Assembly: GCA_964016885.1 (NCBI GenBank)
Contig: OZ024741.1
Location: 275,900,001-275,964,000, forward strand
DNA length: 64,000 nucleotides
Direction: 5' to 3'
Source of the DNA: Eledone cirrhosa
Lineage: Eukaryota
Made by a program: the position numbers and the translations under genes. Shown here piece by piece: positions 63,913 through 64,000 of the stretch; the first letter of the stretch is position 1; each line of letters starts with the position of its first letter. Below the pieces are notes generated by a model. That model searched no databases. It was not told the DNA's origin and was given only the letters and a program-made list of their open reading frames with translations.

Positions 63913-64000
63913 ATGTGCAATAAGAGCAAAATATAACGACATTGCTCAATTATTTTATCTAATGTTGTAATAACACAAGGAAATGTTGTTTGTGTATTTT

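Overview
Repeat-saturated, AT-rich animal genomic DNA. The repeat spectrum suggests a cephalopod or octopus-like mollusc, but this is inference only. One convincing long coding exon is present (42116-45691, +, 1191 aa, intrinsically disordered, with SILK and KVQF PP1-docking-like motifs), plus a few weak candidate exons on the opposite strand. The rest is RTE-clade LINE fragments whose RT carries an inserted PHD-like Cys/His finger, Tx1/L1-like 3' ends stacked in (TATC)n, CR1 tails, tRNA-derived SINEs, an internally deleted Merlin (IS1595-like) DNA transposon with intact TIRs and a 9-bp TSD, and large 60-bp and 41-bp satellites. The most striking signal is a set of hammerhead-ribozyme (HHR) bearing non-coding elements sitting in (TA)n tracts as inverted pairs with their 3' ends pointing outward. 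The best example is a near-identical 595-bp unit at 27723-30245, present as two ~2.1-unit arms in opposite orientation. Each unit carries a type I HHR with the rare U3-A8 core covariation, and one arm starts 3 nt from the predicted cleavage site, so it looks like a recently inserted retrozyme copied from circular or multimeric RNA. Most ORFs in the supplied track are microsatellite or satellite artefacts. All folds and alignments were done by eye.
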